Below are positions 29,084 to 41,314 of a DNA stretch of 64,000 nt, piece by piece. A program made the translations under genes and the position numbers. The DNA is taken from positions 248,001-312,000 of the forward strand of contig MCFH01000043.1 of assembly GCA_002104945.1 (NCBI GenBank). Direction: 5' to 3'. Source of the stretch: Piromyces finnis finn. Lineage: Eukaryota > Fungi > Neocallimastigomycota. The notes beneath the pieces are model-generated. The model was given only the letters and a program-made list of their open reading frames with translations. It did not search any database and had not been told where the DNA came from. Position 1 is the first letter of the stretch, and every line of letters starts with the position of its first letter.

Positions 29084-32000
29084 AAATAGAAAACTCTTTA
29101 GAAAACAAAAAAAAAAAAATTTTACAGATAAAAAAGCCAATTATTAGTTTAGTTAATACAGAAAAAAAAGGCGCTAAGAACGCCTTCATTTAAAGAATGT
29201 TAAAAAGTGTGATTGATGAATAAAAAATTTTTTTTTAATTTCATATGATAATTAAATAAATAAATAATCATATGAATTTTTTTTATTTAATTAATAATGG
29301 GTTAGAATTAAAAAATTTATATTATTTCAAATGGTGAATTATTATTAACACATACCTTTATTCTAATATAGTATATATTTATGATTCACATTATTAAAAT
29401 ATAAAAACATAAACATGTATTAAAAGAGTATTTTATACGTATTTTAGAGATAGCTTTTATTTTACTTTGTGATCACATAACTTAGCATCTCATTATATAA
29501 CCGTATTATTTACAATGTAACTTTTTCGTTTAGTATATTATTAATTAAATTTTTATGTATTGTATGTCGTATTTAGTAAAATTAATATAATGTATGTCAA
29601 GGATAAATTTAATTTACACTTAAATTTATTTATAAAATTATTTGGGTTTTTTTATAATCTTTTATTTATTTATATTTATTTTTTTATATATAAATATTGT
29701 AACTTTCTTAAATCTTTTACTTTTAAAATAACCAAAGAACAAAAAATGTAGTACAATATTAATTTATAATTTTATAAAATACAAATACATAAAAAATACA
29801 TAAAATATTATTTTTGGAATGTATTTTATTTTCACAAATATAATGTACAATAAAATTATTTTATTTAGGGTTAGAATTATGATGTAAAAATGTAAAAATT
29901 AGTTTATCCTTAAAATAAAAGACTAAAATGATAATTATTTTTTGAAATTAAGGAATAATGCAAAATGTACTTTCAATTCTATTTAGTAATTTATATTTAA
30001 ATATTAAATTTGTTTAATAAAAAAAAAGTAATAAAGAGAACATAAATAAACTTATTAATAATTATTTTATCACTATTAACACAACGAATTAAATAAAAAT
30101 TCATTTTTTGTTTTATTTTAGAGATATCGTAATTTTAATAATATTACCAAAAATATAATGTTATTAAATTATAAATTATTTTTGAATAATACTTTTACTA
30201 ATTCTTTTATATGATTCCTTATATTCCTTATATTTATTTATAAAATTATGTTTTTGCTTTTTTATTTTTAAATTAATATATACTATGACATATTTATATT
30301 TTCACAACAACCAAAAAAATAGAAAAAACTTTATAAATTAATTATAGAGGAATAAAATTGAAATAATTATATATATTTTATTATAATAAAATAAAAATAT
30401 CTTTTTTTTTTTTTTGCATGTTATATAATTAACAAAATATAAATGACTTTAAATAAGTTATGTTATTTTTATTAATCAATGAACAGACTAGAAATTAATA
30501 AAAATAACATAACCTTTTTAGATTTTGCACTTATTTTTATTTTATATTTATTTTATTGGAAGTTATCGCATTTTTTAAAACAGATTTTTTACTTTTAAAT
30601 TTAAATATAAAAATTTTAAAAAAAAGTATGTTTTTTTTATATATTTAAAATCACAAAAATAGCTTATTATATAATTTTATATTTTTTCTTTCCATTTAAA
30701 ATATTTAAAATGGATGTTTCTTTTTTCTATAAATTCTTTTTTAATTAAAATATAAAGTTTATTATTATTTAAATTTATATATGAATCATTTTTTTAACTT
30801 TATTTTAATTAATAAAGATTCATATTTTAATTAAATATATTAAAAAAGCCGCTAAAAACAGAAATATAAAAAAAAAAAGGAAAATGAATAAAAATGCTTT
30901 AAAATAATAACTTTAAAAAAATTATAAAAAATATATATATTCTTATTACTTAATAATAATTGTTTTTATTATTTATATTTAAATTTTAAAGAAAATTATT
31001 TATATTATTTTAATTTAAAATCCATATTCTTTTTTTTTGTTTTAAAATATAAAATATTGGAATAACTTGGAAGATCAAAAATGTCTCCATAGAGAAATTA
31101 CCTTTTAATTTTCTAAATCATTAATGATTAATATATGATATAACTCGTTTCAATTTACTCAGGATTTGTGGGATGACTTATATACTTTATTTATAAATTA
31201 TTAAAATACATACTTAATATTATATGATCGTATGAATATCTTTTCCTAACTGTTATATTCTTAGATGGAGACTAATTTACTCTATTTTATACTAATTTAT
31301 ACTAAAGCCACTAATTATAAAGTTTGTTTTTCTGTTTATATATTAAATACAATAATTATTATAAATACTTTATCACATAATTATAAAAATATGATAAATA
31401 CATTAATGTACAAAATAAGATGTACTAAAAAACTATTATAGTTTATTCTAATATTACATTAATTTATGTTTATATAACATTTATAGTAATATTCAATTAT
31501 ATTATAAAGGTTTTTATGTTCATTTTATATCAATATATATACATAAATAATGTATCATGTTTTAAACTCACCCACCAATAATTTAATCAACAAATCGTTT
31601 CATTTCATACTTTATTGAATTAATTAATTAAAAAACAAATTATTTTATTTTTATACTTAAAATGACCTTTTTATATAGGTAATAAAATTCAAAGGAATTT
31701 TTTTTTTCGCTTTAAGGTAGTACAAAATAATTATACAAATTAATATATAGATAATCAATTATAAAAAATTACTAAAAAAATCATAAAATGTATCCTAGAG
31801 TAAATTGATATATAATAAAAGTAAACATTAAATATTAAAAAAAAAAAAAATTAAAAATATAGTTTAACATTTTTGGTTACACAGAAAGGATAATTAATAA
31901 TTAATTTAAAATAAATATGGCATCCTTAATGATTAGATGACTTAAATGGGATACTTTTTTTTATTACAAAAATTTACTTTTTTTGCAAGTATATAGAAAT

Positions 32001-32780
32001 ATTATGTTTAATATTTAAAGAAAAAGAAATAGATAATTAACTCAACAACTTTTTAGTATTAGCGTTAATTATTAATATATAAGTATTTATAATTCTTTAT
32101 CATTTTACAAATTTAAATAAGAATTATATTATGAGTGCAATTGTGTTAGTCATTTATTATTTATAAAAGAACAATATATTTATTGTTTTTTTATAATATA
32201 TGAATTTTTGAATGTGTCTATTTTAAATTTCTTAAACATTAAAATATGCTACATATATTGTACATTATCTTTATGATTGATAGGTTTGAATATAATTCTT
32301 ATAAGTTAATTTAAATTATTTGTATTAATATTCTTTTACATAAATTATTTACCACATATATTGTTTAATAGTTTATTATATAACCTTTATTATTAAATAA
32401 AGTTTTGAATATTGTTTAAATAATATATATTATATATATTATTATATATTATGTTCCACTATTCCTTATTGTTTATTGAGATTTAAGTTATTAATTAATT
32501 TCCAAAGAATACACAATTAATTACTATATAATTAAATATTAATTAAAAAAAGAAACAGAAAAAAAAAAAAAAAAAAGGTGAAGTATATAAATTAAATAAT
32601 TTCCGAAGTTTTTATATTTTAAAAAAAAAATAAAAAAAATATAATAAAAAATATATATATAAAATAAAACTGTAAAAACAAATAATAAAATACATTAATA
32701 AAAATTTATACATAAAACAACAACAATAATTAAAACATTAATCTAATTTCAATATAAATAAAAATAAAATTAAAGACAAA

Positions 32781-34274
32781 ATGAAATTCAATTCTATTTT
32801 ATTATTAAGTTCATTATCAGCTGTTGCTTTAGCTAGACCACATGATAACGCTTGCTGGTCTGAAAAATTCAATATTCCATGTTGTCAAACCACTAAGGAA
32901 GTTGTTAGAACCACTTATGATGGTATCTGGGGTATGGAAAATGGTGAATGGTGTGGTCTTGGAACTGAAAGCACTAGACCAAAGGATGATATTCCACCAT
33001 CTCCACCAGCTCTTCTTGACCTTGATTCTGTCGTAGATCCAGCTGCTGATTGTGATATTTCCAATGTTATAACTGGTGATTCTTTAGCTCAAGAAGCTCC
33101 ATTCCGTTTTGGTGTTGGTTTCAATGGTGCTGCTGTTTCCACCTCAACTACTTCTTCCAAGGTTATGAGAGAACTTGTTAAATACCAATTTAATTCATTC
33201 TCATACAGTAACCTTATGAAACCACTTTTCGTTCTTGACCAAGCTGGTTGTCAAAAGAACTTCAAGAATGGTAGTAATGAAATTGCTCTTAATTTTACTC
33301 CATTTGTTGATGGTTTAGATTATGCTCAAAAGAATGGTCTTCATATTAGAGGTCACGTTTTAGTCTGGCACAAGCAATTCCCAGACTGGTTCTTTAGAGA
33401 AGAATTTGACGATGCTAAGGAATACGTTTCTGAAGAAGTTATTTACGAACGTTTAGAAAACTATATTAAACAATATCTCGGTTTCGTTAACTACAACTAC
33501 CCAGGTGTTGTTGATGTTTGGGATGTTGTTAATGAAGCTGTTGAAGTTTTAGAAGGAAAATTCGATAACAGTACTGGATGGTACACTCGTACTATTACTT
33601 ATGAAGGTGATAGAAACATCTGGTATGACTTTGTTGGTCCAGATTATGTTGTTAAAACTTTCCGTATTGCTCGTAAATACGCACTTCCAAATGTTAAGTT
33701 AGTTTACAACGATTACGATACTTTTGCTCAACAACCACATGACAAAACTCAAGCTATTATTGATCTTATGCACATTTTACAAAAGGAAGATTTAGTTGAT
33801 GCTCTTGGTATGCAATCTTACATTCAACCAATTGACCCACCATTTGAAGAAAATGTTGCTAACTACGATAAGGCTCTTCAACGTTTTGCTGCTGAAGGTT
33901 TTGAAATTCAAATTACTGAATTCACTATTTATGCTACTAATGGTGAAGATTGGTTAGAAACTCAAGTTTACCAATACCGTAAGATGATGGAAACTATTAT
34001 GAAGAACTACAAGAATGGTGCTAACATTACTAGTGTTACTGTTTTCGGTTTACAAGATGGTTACAGATTCTATGAATCCGATTCTACCAAAACTCGTCTC
34101 TTCGATCATGAACTTCAAAAGAAGCCAACTTACGAAGCTATCATGGAAGTTTTAAAGGCTTACAATGCTGAAGTTAATGATGAATCTAATATCGAAAGCG
34201 ATGAAGAAATCTCAGTTGATGCTGATGTTGATGTTGCTGAAGATTCTGCTGATGATGACAGTGATGAAGAATAA
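32781..34274 (+). CDS. GH10 glycoside hydrolase (copy a): signal peptide, N-terminal fungal dockerin (CBM10-like), acidic tail
   Basis: CWSEKFNIPCC...WGMENGEWCG; RGHVLVWH, WDVVNEA, YNDY, GMQS, QITEF; D/E-rich C-terminus. Confidence 0.93.
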   Translation: MKFNSILLLSSLSAVALARPHDNACWSEKFNIPCCQTTKEVVRTTYDGIWGMENGEWCGLGTESTRPKDDIPPSPPALLDLDSVVDPAADCDISNVITGDSLAQEAPFRFGVGFNGAAVSTSTTSSKVMRELVKYQFNSFSYSNLMKPLFVLDQAGCQKNFKNGSNEIALNFTPFVDGLDYAQKNGLHIRGHVLVWHKQFPDWFFREEFDDAKEYVSEEVIYERLENYIKQYLGFVNYNYPGVVDVWDVVNEAVEVLEGKFDNSTGWYTRTITYEGDRNIWYDFVGPDYVVKTFRIARKYALPNVKLVYNDYDTFAQQPHDKTQAIIDLMHILQKEDLVDALGMQSYIQPIDPPFEENVANYDKALQRFAAEGFEIQITEFTIYATNGEDWLETQVYQYRKMMETIMKNYKNGANITSVTVFGLQDGYRFYESDSTKTRLFDHELQKKPTYEAIMEVLKAYNAEVNDESNIESDEEISVDADVDVAEDSADDDSDEE

Positions 34275-35075
34275 ATACAATAAATTCACTCTCTAATAGA
34301 ATAAAATTAAAAAGTTTTCTTTTTTTTATCCTAAAATAAAAAATTTAATTCAAACCTTTTTCATAGAAAAAATAAAATAAAATATTTATATATAATTAAT
34401 ATAAATATTATAATATTTATAAATTATTATGTATGTAAAATATAATAGAAAACTATTTATTTAACTAAATTATACAAAAAATTAATATAAATTATAATAT
34501 AAACAAACAAACAAACAAACAAAAAATAAAAATAAAATTAAAAAATAAATTTTAAAAGAAAAAAAAAAAATCAAAAATAAAATATACATAAAAGAAAAAG
34601 TTATTTAAAAAAAAAAAAAAAGTTTAAAAAAGAGTGCAATATTTTTTATTTTTAAATAAAATAAATATTTAAAAAATATTTATTTAACTATCGTGTTTTT
34701 TCATAAAGCATAGTAAAGTAAAAATGATATTAAAAAGGACTAAATTATTTATTTATTTTTTTTTTTTTATTTTAATGAATAATAAAAAAAATTGTTTTCC
34801 ATTAATAAATAAAAGTTATTAAATCGAACAAGACACTAAAATTTAAAAAAAAAAAGAAAAGAATTGATTATAGAAAAAGATATAACTCTATTTATATATT
34901 TTATAAAATAATGTAAAAATTAAAAAAAGAAAAAATAGAAATATTTACTTTATTATTATTATTTTTTTTAGACTTCCTCATTTAACCTCCTGTATATAAT
35001 ATGTGATGTGATTGTATATTATTGTACATTGTCATATCAGTAAGACGTCGTATAAAATACATAAAATTCTATAAA

Positions 35076-35092
35076 AATAAAATAAAATAAAA

Positions 35093-35123
<31 letters not shown>

Positions 35124-35132
35124 ATAGAATTA

Positions 35133-35207
<75 letters not shown>
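35076..35207. repeat. (TAAA)n tetranucleotide repeat
   Basis: Direct reading; one interruption. Confidence 0.9.
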
Positions 35208-35846
35208 CTAAATAGAATTATAAAATAAAATCAAAAAGTATTGATCTATTATTGTTTTTATTAAAGTATAAAAATAAATTAAATATCTTGTAATTTTTTT
35301 TTTCTATAGAAAATACCGTTAATATGTTAATGCATTAATATTATATAATTATTAATTATACCAACTTTTTTAAAGGTAACAATAAAATTACCTTTTTTTT
35401 TATGAAAAATATTTAAAGTTTATTGATGTAAGACATTATTATTCCAGTCTATAAAATTAATTATTAAAAAACATTATTGGTCTAAAAAATTTAAATTCTT
35501 TCATCTTTTTAATATCAATTAAAAAATATGAATATTAATTTGAAAATAATTTTCCTATAAAAATAGGCAAAGTAGAAATGTACATACATTATAATTATAG
35601 TAAAAGAAATTATTAATAATTAATATTAAATAATTTGAGTTTTAATTAGGTATAATGATTTAAATGAAATTTTGTTAGAAAGGAATTATTATTTATTATT
35701 TATTATTATTATCTATTTATTTTTAAATAATTAATCATCATATATATGATATTTATTTTGTATTAAAATAATTAGATATAAATAAATACAAAAAATATAT
35801 TATTTAATTTTTTTTTTAAATTTTTTAATATAAAATAATATAAAGG

Positions 35847-37559
35847 ATGATAATAAATCAAAATATAACTACCACTGGTGAATGTTGGTCTGAAAAATTT
35901 GGAATACCTTGTTGTAAGGAGGCACTAATGCCACTTCGTACTACTTACGATGGTGGATGGAGTCAAGAAAATGGTGAATGGTGTGGTTTAGGAGAAAGTT
36001 TAAGACCAATTGATGATATTCCACCTCCTGCTACACCTGTTTATAAATTAAAAGATATGGTAGATCCAGCTGCTGATTGTGACATTTCAGATGTAATTCA
36101 TGGGGATTCCTTAGGACAGGAAGCGCCATTTCGATTTGGTGTTGGTCTCTATGGTAATGATCTTGCCATGTCCACCATCACATCTGAAAAAATGAGAAAA
36201 GTTATTAAATATCAATTTAATTCAATGACCTATACTAATCTTATGAATCCAAGTGCTATTTTAGATCAACAAGCTTCTATTGATAATATTATGAATGGTA
36301 ATGAAGATCCTATTCTAAATTTTAGTAATATTGTTGATGGTTTAGATTTTGCCTATAAAAATGGACTTAATATTCGTGGTCATGCTCTAGTATGGCATAC
36401 TCAAGTTCCAGAATGGTTCTTTAGAGATGGATATTATAGCAATACAGAATTTGTTAGTAGAGATGTTATGGAGTATCGTTTAGATAGTTATATTCGTAAG
36501 TTCCTTGGATTTGTTCAATTTAATTATCCAGGAACAGTAGATGTTTGGGATGTAGTTAATGAAGCAATTGAAATTACAGATGGTCAATATGATGAAACAA
36601 CTGGATGGTATACCCGTACTGCTAATAATAAAACACCAAATCCTTGGTATGAAATATTTGGACCTGATTATGTTGCAATAGCATTCCGTATTGCTCGTAA
36701 ATATGCCCTTCCTAATGTAAAGTTAATTTATAATGATCATAATACTTTCCAAATCCAACCACATGATAAAACTCAAGCCATTATTGATCTTGCCAATATT
36801 TTACAACAAGAAAACTTAATTGATGGTATTGGTATGCAATCTTATATAGGAGTTACTTGGCCAAATTTAGATGATTACTTTAACGGTTTAGAAAGGTTAA
36901 TTACTTCTACTGGATTAGAAATTCAAATTACTGAATTAACAATTACTCCACCAATAGGTGATAATTGGTTAGGTGCTCAAGCAGAACAATATTATGAGTA
37001 CTTCAATAGACTTTTATCTTACATTAAAAATGGTTATAACATTTCTAGTGTCACTGTTTATGGTTTACAAGATGGCTATAGATTCTACACTAAAGATTCT
37101 ACCAAAACTCGTCTTTTAGATCATGATCTTAAAAAGAAACCAAATTTCAATGCTATTATAAATGTATTAAAAAATTATAATGAAGCTGTTGCTTCTGATA
37201 ATATTATAGAGATTAGTGAAATCAAGGAAGAAGAAGAAAATAAAAAAATTAAAGAAAAGGAAAAAGAAAAAGAGAAAATAATAGATAATGATGATGAAGA
37301 AAAAGGAGAAAAAGAAGTAAAAAAAGTAAATGAAAAAGAGGATAAAATAAATGTTCATACTGATATCAATAATGATAGTGAAGATGAAAATAATAGTGAA
37401 AGTGAAGATGGCAGTGAAAGTGAAAATGATAGTGATAGTGAAGATGATAGTAAAAGTGGAAATAATAGTGAGGATAAAGATAATAAAAGGGAAAAAGAAA
37501 AAGTGAAAATAATAGATGATGAAGATGAAGAAAAAGGAGAAAAAGAAGTAAAAAAGTAA
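35847..37559 (+). CDS. GH10 (copy b): dockerin, no visible signal peptide, highly charged tail that may really extend to 37789
   Basis: CWSEKFGIPCC...WCG; RGHALVWH, WDVVNEA, QITEL. The stop arises from an A6 versus A7 run in a duplicated block. Confidence 0.88.
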   Translation: MIINQNITTTGECWSEKFGIPCCKEALMPLRTTYDGGWSQENGEWCGLGESLRPIDDIPPPATPVYKLKDMVDPAADCDISDVIHGDSLGQEAPFRFGVGLYGNDLAMSTITSEKMRKVIKYQFNSMTYTNLMNPSAILDQQASIDNIMNGNEDPILNFSNIVDGLDFAYKNGLNIRGHALVWHTQVPEWFFRDGYYSNTEFVSRDVMEYRLDSYIRKFLGFVQFNYPGTVDVWDVVNEAIEITDGQYDETTGWYTRTANNKTPNPWYEIFGPDYVAIAFRIARKYALPNVKLIYNDHNTFQIQPHDKTQAIIDLANILQQENLIDGIGMQSYIGVTWPNLDDYFNGLERLITSTGLEIQITELTITPPIGDNWLGAQAEQYYEYFNRLLSYIKNGYNISSVTVYGLQDGYRFYTKDSTKTRLLDHDLKKKPNFNAIINVLKNYNEAVASDNIIEISEIKEEEENKKIKEKEKEKEKIIDNDDEEKGEKEVKKVNEKEDKINVHTDINNDSEDENNSESEDGSESENDSDSEDDSKSGNNSEDKDNKREKEKVKIIDDEDEEKGEKEVKK

Positions 37560-37906
37560 ATGAAAAAGAGGATAAAATAAATGATCATACTGATATTAAT
37601 AATGATAGTGAAGATGGCAGTGAAAGTGAAAATGATAGTGAAAAAGAAGAAAATAAAGGTAAAAAGAAAGCTAAATCAAATAAAAAGTCAAATAAAAAAT
37701 CAAAATCAATTAAGAGTAAACAAAATAAAAAAGACAAGCATAATAAAGAAAAGAAGAGTAAAAATGAAAAAATGACGAAAGGAAAATAAAAAATCATATT
37801 TTTATATTTAATAATAAATAACATATAAGAGATTATTATCCATAGAAATATTAGAGTTATATATATATTTCAAATTTTTGTAATAATTCATTTATTAAAT
37901 ATTTTA

Positions 37907-38078
<172 letters not shown>

Positions 38079-38355
38079 TTTATATTAATATTAAACAAAA
38101 ATATACTTTATAATTGTTATTTGTTCTCTGTATTTACTAAAATTTATAATTTTTATACTGAACATAGCAAATTACATTATATTTATTATAATAATAAACA
38201 AAAGTTAATAATATATAATAGTATAATAGTATAATAGATACTTAATCATGGCTATTTTATTAATACATATCATAAAACATTTTAAATCAATATTATTACT
38301 CCTGTACGTAGGAATTTTTATAATAAAGTTGTATTATAATTATTAATATTATTTT

Positions 38356-38528
<173 letters not shown>

Positions 38529-39745
38529 GTTGGAATTATAATAATTAATAGATTACTTATTAACATTTAATACTATTAGTTAATTTCATTTCATCATATG
38601 GAAAAATAAGTATTTTTTTAAAAAAAAATTATGTTTTTGATTTATTTCAAAAATAATAAGAAAAGGAAATAAATAAACATGAATTTATTATTATATAATA
38701 GGATCAAATTTTAAATTCGTTTCATTTCAATTACTATTGATGTTGGAAAGCGTGACTTTTCTTGGTTAAATTAAAATATCATATTAATATAATTTTAATT
38801 ATATTTAAATTAAACTTGTGTTACTTTTATGCATAATCTTTTTTTTTTTTTATTTTATTTTACTATTTTATTTTGATTTAAAAGAATTAAATGATTTGGT
38901 AGTACCAATTCCACAAACCATATTCTTCTATTTTAATTTTATACTATTTTTTATTTATTTGTATATTAAATAAAAGGGCATCAAATGAGTGTGATAAAAT
39001 TTAAAAAAGGGAATTTTAATTGGTTCTATTATTAAGTCAAAAAGTATATTCAATAATAAAATCACTCTTTTTTTAAAGATAATAAATTCTTTAATTATTC
39101 ATCTACTTTTTTTAAATTTTCACATATACAAAACAAAAATACATATTATATATTATTATTATATAATTATTAAAAGTATGATTTTTTTAAAAGAACTATT
39201 TAAAGTATATCCAAATAGTTATATAATATATTTCACAATAAAAACAACATATGCAATATATAACAATTTCTTTAATAAATAATTAGGTATCTATTTCTTA
39301 ATTTTATCTTTACAATAAATTATCCATATTATTATATTTTATTCCTTTTTTTCTATTAGTTCTTTTTTCACCTTCCGTTTACTTTTTACCCAAAAGTAAA
39401 ATATTAAATTAAAAACGGTCAGTAAAGAATAAAAAAAATTTTATTATTAATATACATAATTTTTTAAAAAAAAATATTAAATAATTATATTTTAATTTTT
39501 AATTAATAAATAATAATTACTTTTTATTATATAATTACATGCCGCAAATAGATTAAAAAATAATATAAATACAACAAAAAATGCTTTTTCTTATAAAAAA
39601 AATTATTTTTATAATATTATAAAAATTGTATATAATTTGTAAATTTATTATATAAGTATATATTTAAAAAAAAAACAATTATTTATTTATATATAGAAGA
39701 TTTATATTTATTATATTAGATTAATATTTTAATAAAAAAAGAAAA

Positions 39746-41314
39746 ATGAAATTCGTAAATACTTTTGCTTTGATGTGCTTGGCTTTTGCTTCATCAAAGG
39801 CTATGAGAAATATTCCATCCAGAGAACTTGTTAAAGAAATTAAAATTGGTTGGAATTTAGGTAATACTTTAGATGCTCATTGCTTAGATGCCTTAGATTA
39901 TGCAGAAGATCAATTAGCTTCCGAAACTTGTTGGGGAAATGTCAAGACTACACCAGAACTTTTCCAAAAGTTACACTCATTAGGTTTTAATATCTTCCGT
40001 ATTCCAACAACTTGGACTGGACATTTTGGAGAAGGACCAGATTATAAAATTGATGATGCTTGGATGAAGAGAGTTCACGAAGTTGTTGATTATGCTCTTA
40101 ACACTGGTAGTTTTGCCATTTTAAATATTCACCATGAAAATTGGAACTATGCTTATGCTGAAAACTTAGAACCAGCTAAAGAGATATTAGAAGCCATTTG
40201 GAAACAAATTGCAGCCGAATTTGCTAATTACGATGAACATTTAATTTTCGAAGGTATGAATGAACCAAGAAAGGTTGGTGATGCTGTTGAATGGACAGGT
40301 GGAGATCAAGAAGGATGGGATTTCGTTAATGAATTAGATAATCTTTTCTACAACACAGTTCGTGCTTCAGGAGGTAATAATGCCATTCGTCATCTTATGC
40401 TTCCACCATATGCAGCCGGAGCTTATGGAGGAGCACCAGATCATTTTATCTATCCAGAAAATGATGATAAAGTTATTGTATCAATTCATGCCTATTCTCC
40501 ATACAGTTTTGCATTAGATAATGGAGAAGGTGCAGTTAGTACTTTTGAAGATGCTAGTGAAATTGACGGTACCATGGGAGAAATTAAAAAATTCTTCATA
40601 AGCAAGAACGTTCCAGTTATTTTAGGAGAATTTGGAGCTATGAATCGTCATAATGAAGATGAACGTGCTAAATGGGCAGAATATTACATTAAAAGTGCCA
40701 AATCTATTGGAGTTCCATGTATTTTATGGGATAATGGTATTTTTGAAGGAGAAGGAGAACGTTTTGCTATCATTGATCGTTCCCAATTAAAGATTGCTTA
40801 TCCAAAATTAGTTACAGGATTAATGAGAGGATTAGGTGAATACAATTATTCTATTCCAGAATCAGATATTATTGAAATTGTTGAAGAAGAAGAACCAAGT
40901 GTTACTGAACCAACTATAGAACCAATTACTCCACCAGAACCAATTACTCCACCAGAACCAATTACTCCACCAGAACCAATTACTCCACCAGAACCAATTA
41001 CTCCACCAGAACCAATTACTTCACCAGAACCAATTACTCCACCAGAACCAATTACTCCACCAGAACCAATTACTCCACCAGAACCAATTACTCCACCAGA
41101 ACCAATTACTCCACCAGAACCAATTACTCCACCAAATCAAGGTGCTGTTAATCTTGTTGATGCTTCCTATTTTTCATGTGATAAACAAGACTGGCAATGT
41201 AAATCTGAAAAATCTGATTTATGCTTCAGTCAAGTTTCTAAATGTTGGGGATCAGGAAAGGATGCTGAAACATGTAAAAAAGTTAGCGACGAATGTTCCA
41301 AGATTTGGAATTAA
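39746..41314 (+). CDS. GH5 endoglucanase (GH5_4-like, copy a): signal peptide, EPITPP x12 linker, six-Cys C-terminal module, no dockerin
   Basis: GWNLGNTLD, RIP, IHHE, NEP (acid/base), HAY, GEFG (nucleophile), WDNG. Confidence 0.94.
   Translation: MKFVNTFALMCLAFASSKAMRNIPSRELVKEIKIGWNLGNTLDAHCLDALDYAEDQLASETCWGNVKTTPELFQKLHSLGFNIFRIPTTWTGHFGEGPDYKIDDAWMKRVHEVVDYALNTGSFAILNIHHENWNYAYAENLEPAKEILEAIWKQIAAEFANYDEHLIFEGMNEPRKVGDAVEWTGGDQEGWDFVNELDNLFYNTVRASGGNNAIRHLMLPPYAAGAYGGAPDHFIYPENDDKVIVSIHAYSPYSFALDNGEGAVSTFEDASEIDGTMGEIKKFFISKNVPVILGEFGAMNRHNEDERAKWAEYYIKSAKSIGVPCILWDNGIFEGEGERFAIIDRSQLKIAYPKLVTGLMRGLGEYNYSIPESDIIEIVEEEEPSVTEPTIEPITPPEPITPPEPITPPEPITPPEPITPPEPITSPEPITPPEPITPPEPITPPEPITPPEPITPPEPITPPNQGAVNLVDASYFSCDKQDWQCKSEKSDLCFSQVSKCWGSGKDAETCKKVSDECSKIWN
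40919..41134 (+). repeat. 18-bp coding minisatellite, 12 copies (EPITPP)
   Basis: Unit GAACCAATTACTCCACCA; one copy has TCA (Ser). Confidence 0.95.

Noticed and set aside
29168-29225. Hairpin AAGGCG-N7-CGCCTT and a nearby TGATGA (C-box-like)
   Set aside because: No matching D box or terminal stem found; not enough for a snoRNA or terminator.
31083-31272. 8-bp inverted repeat GTCTCCAT / ATGGAGAC as possible MITE ends
   Set aside because: Too short, no TSD, no second copy in the window.
40919-41134. Regular direct repeats as a CRISPR array
   Set aside because: Head-to-tail coding repeats without spacers in a eukaryotic gene; no CRISPR array in the window.
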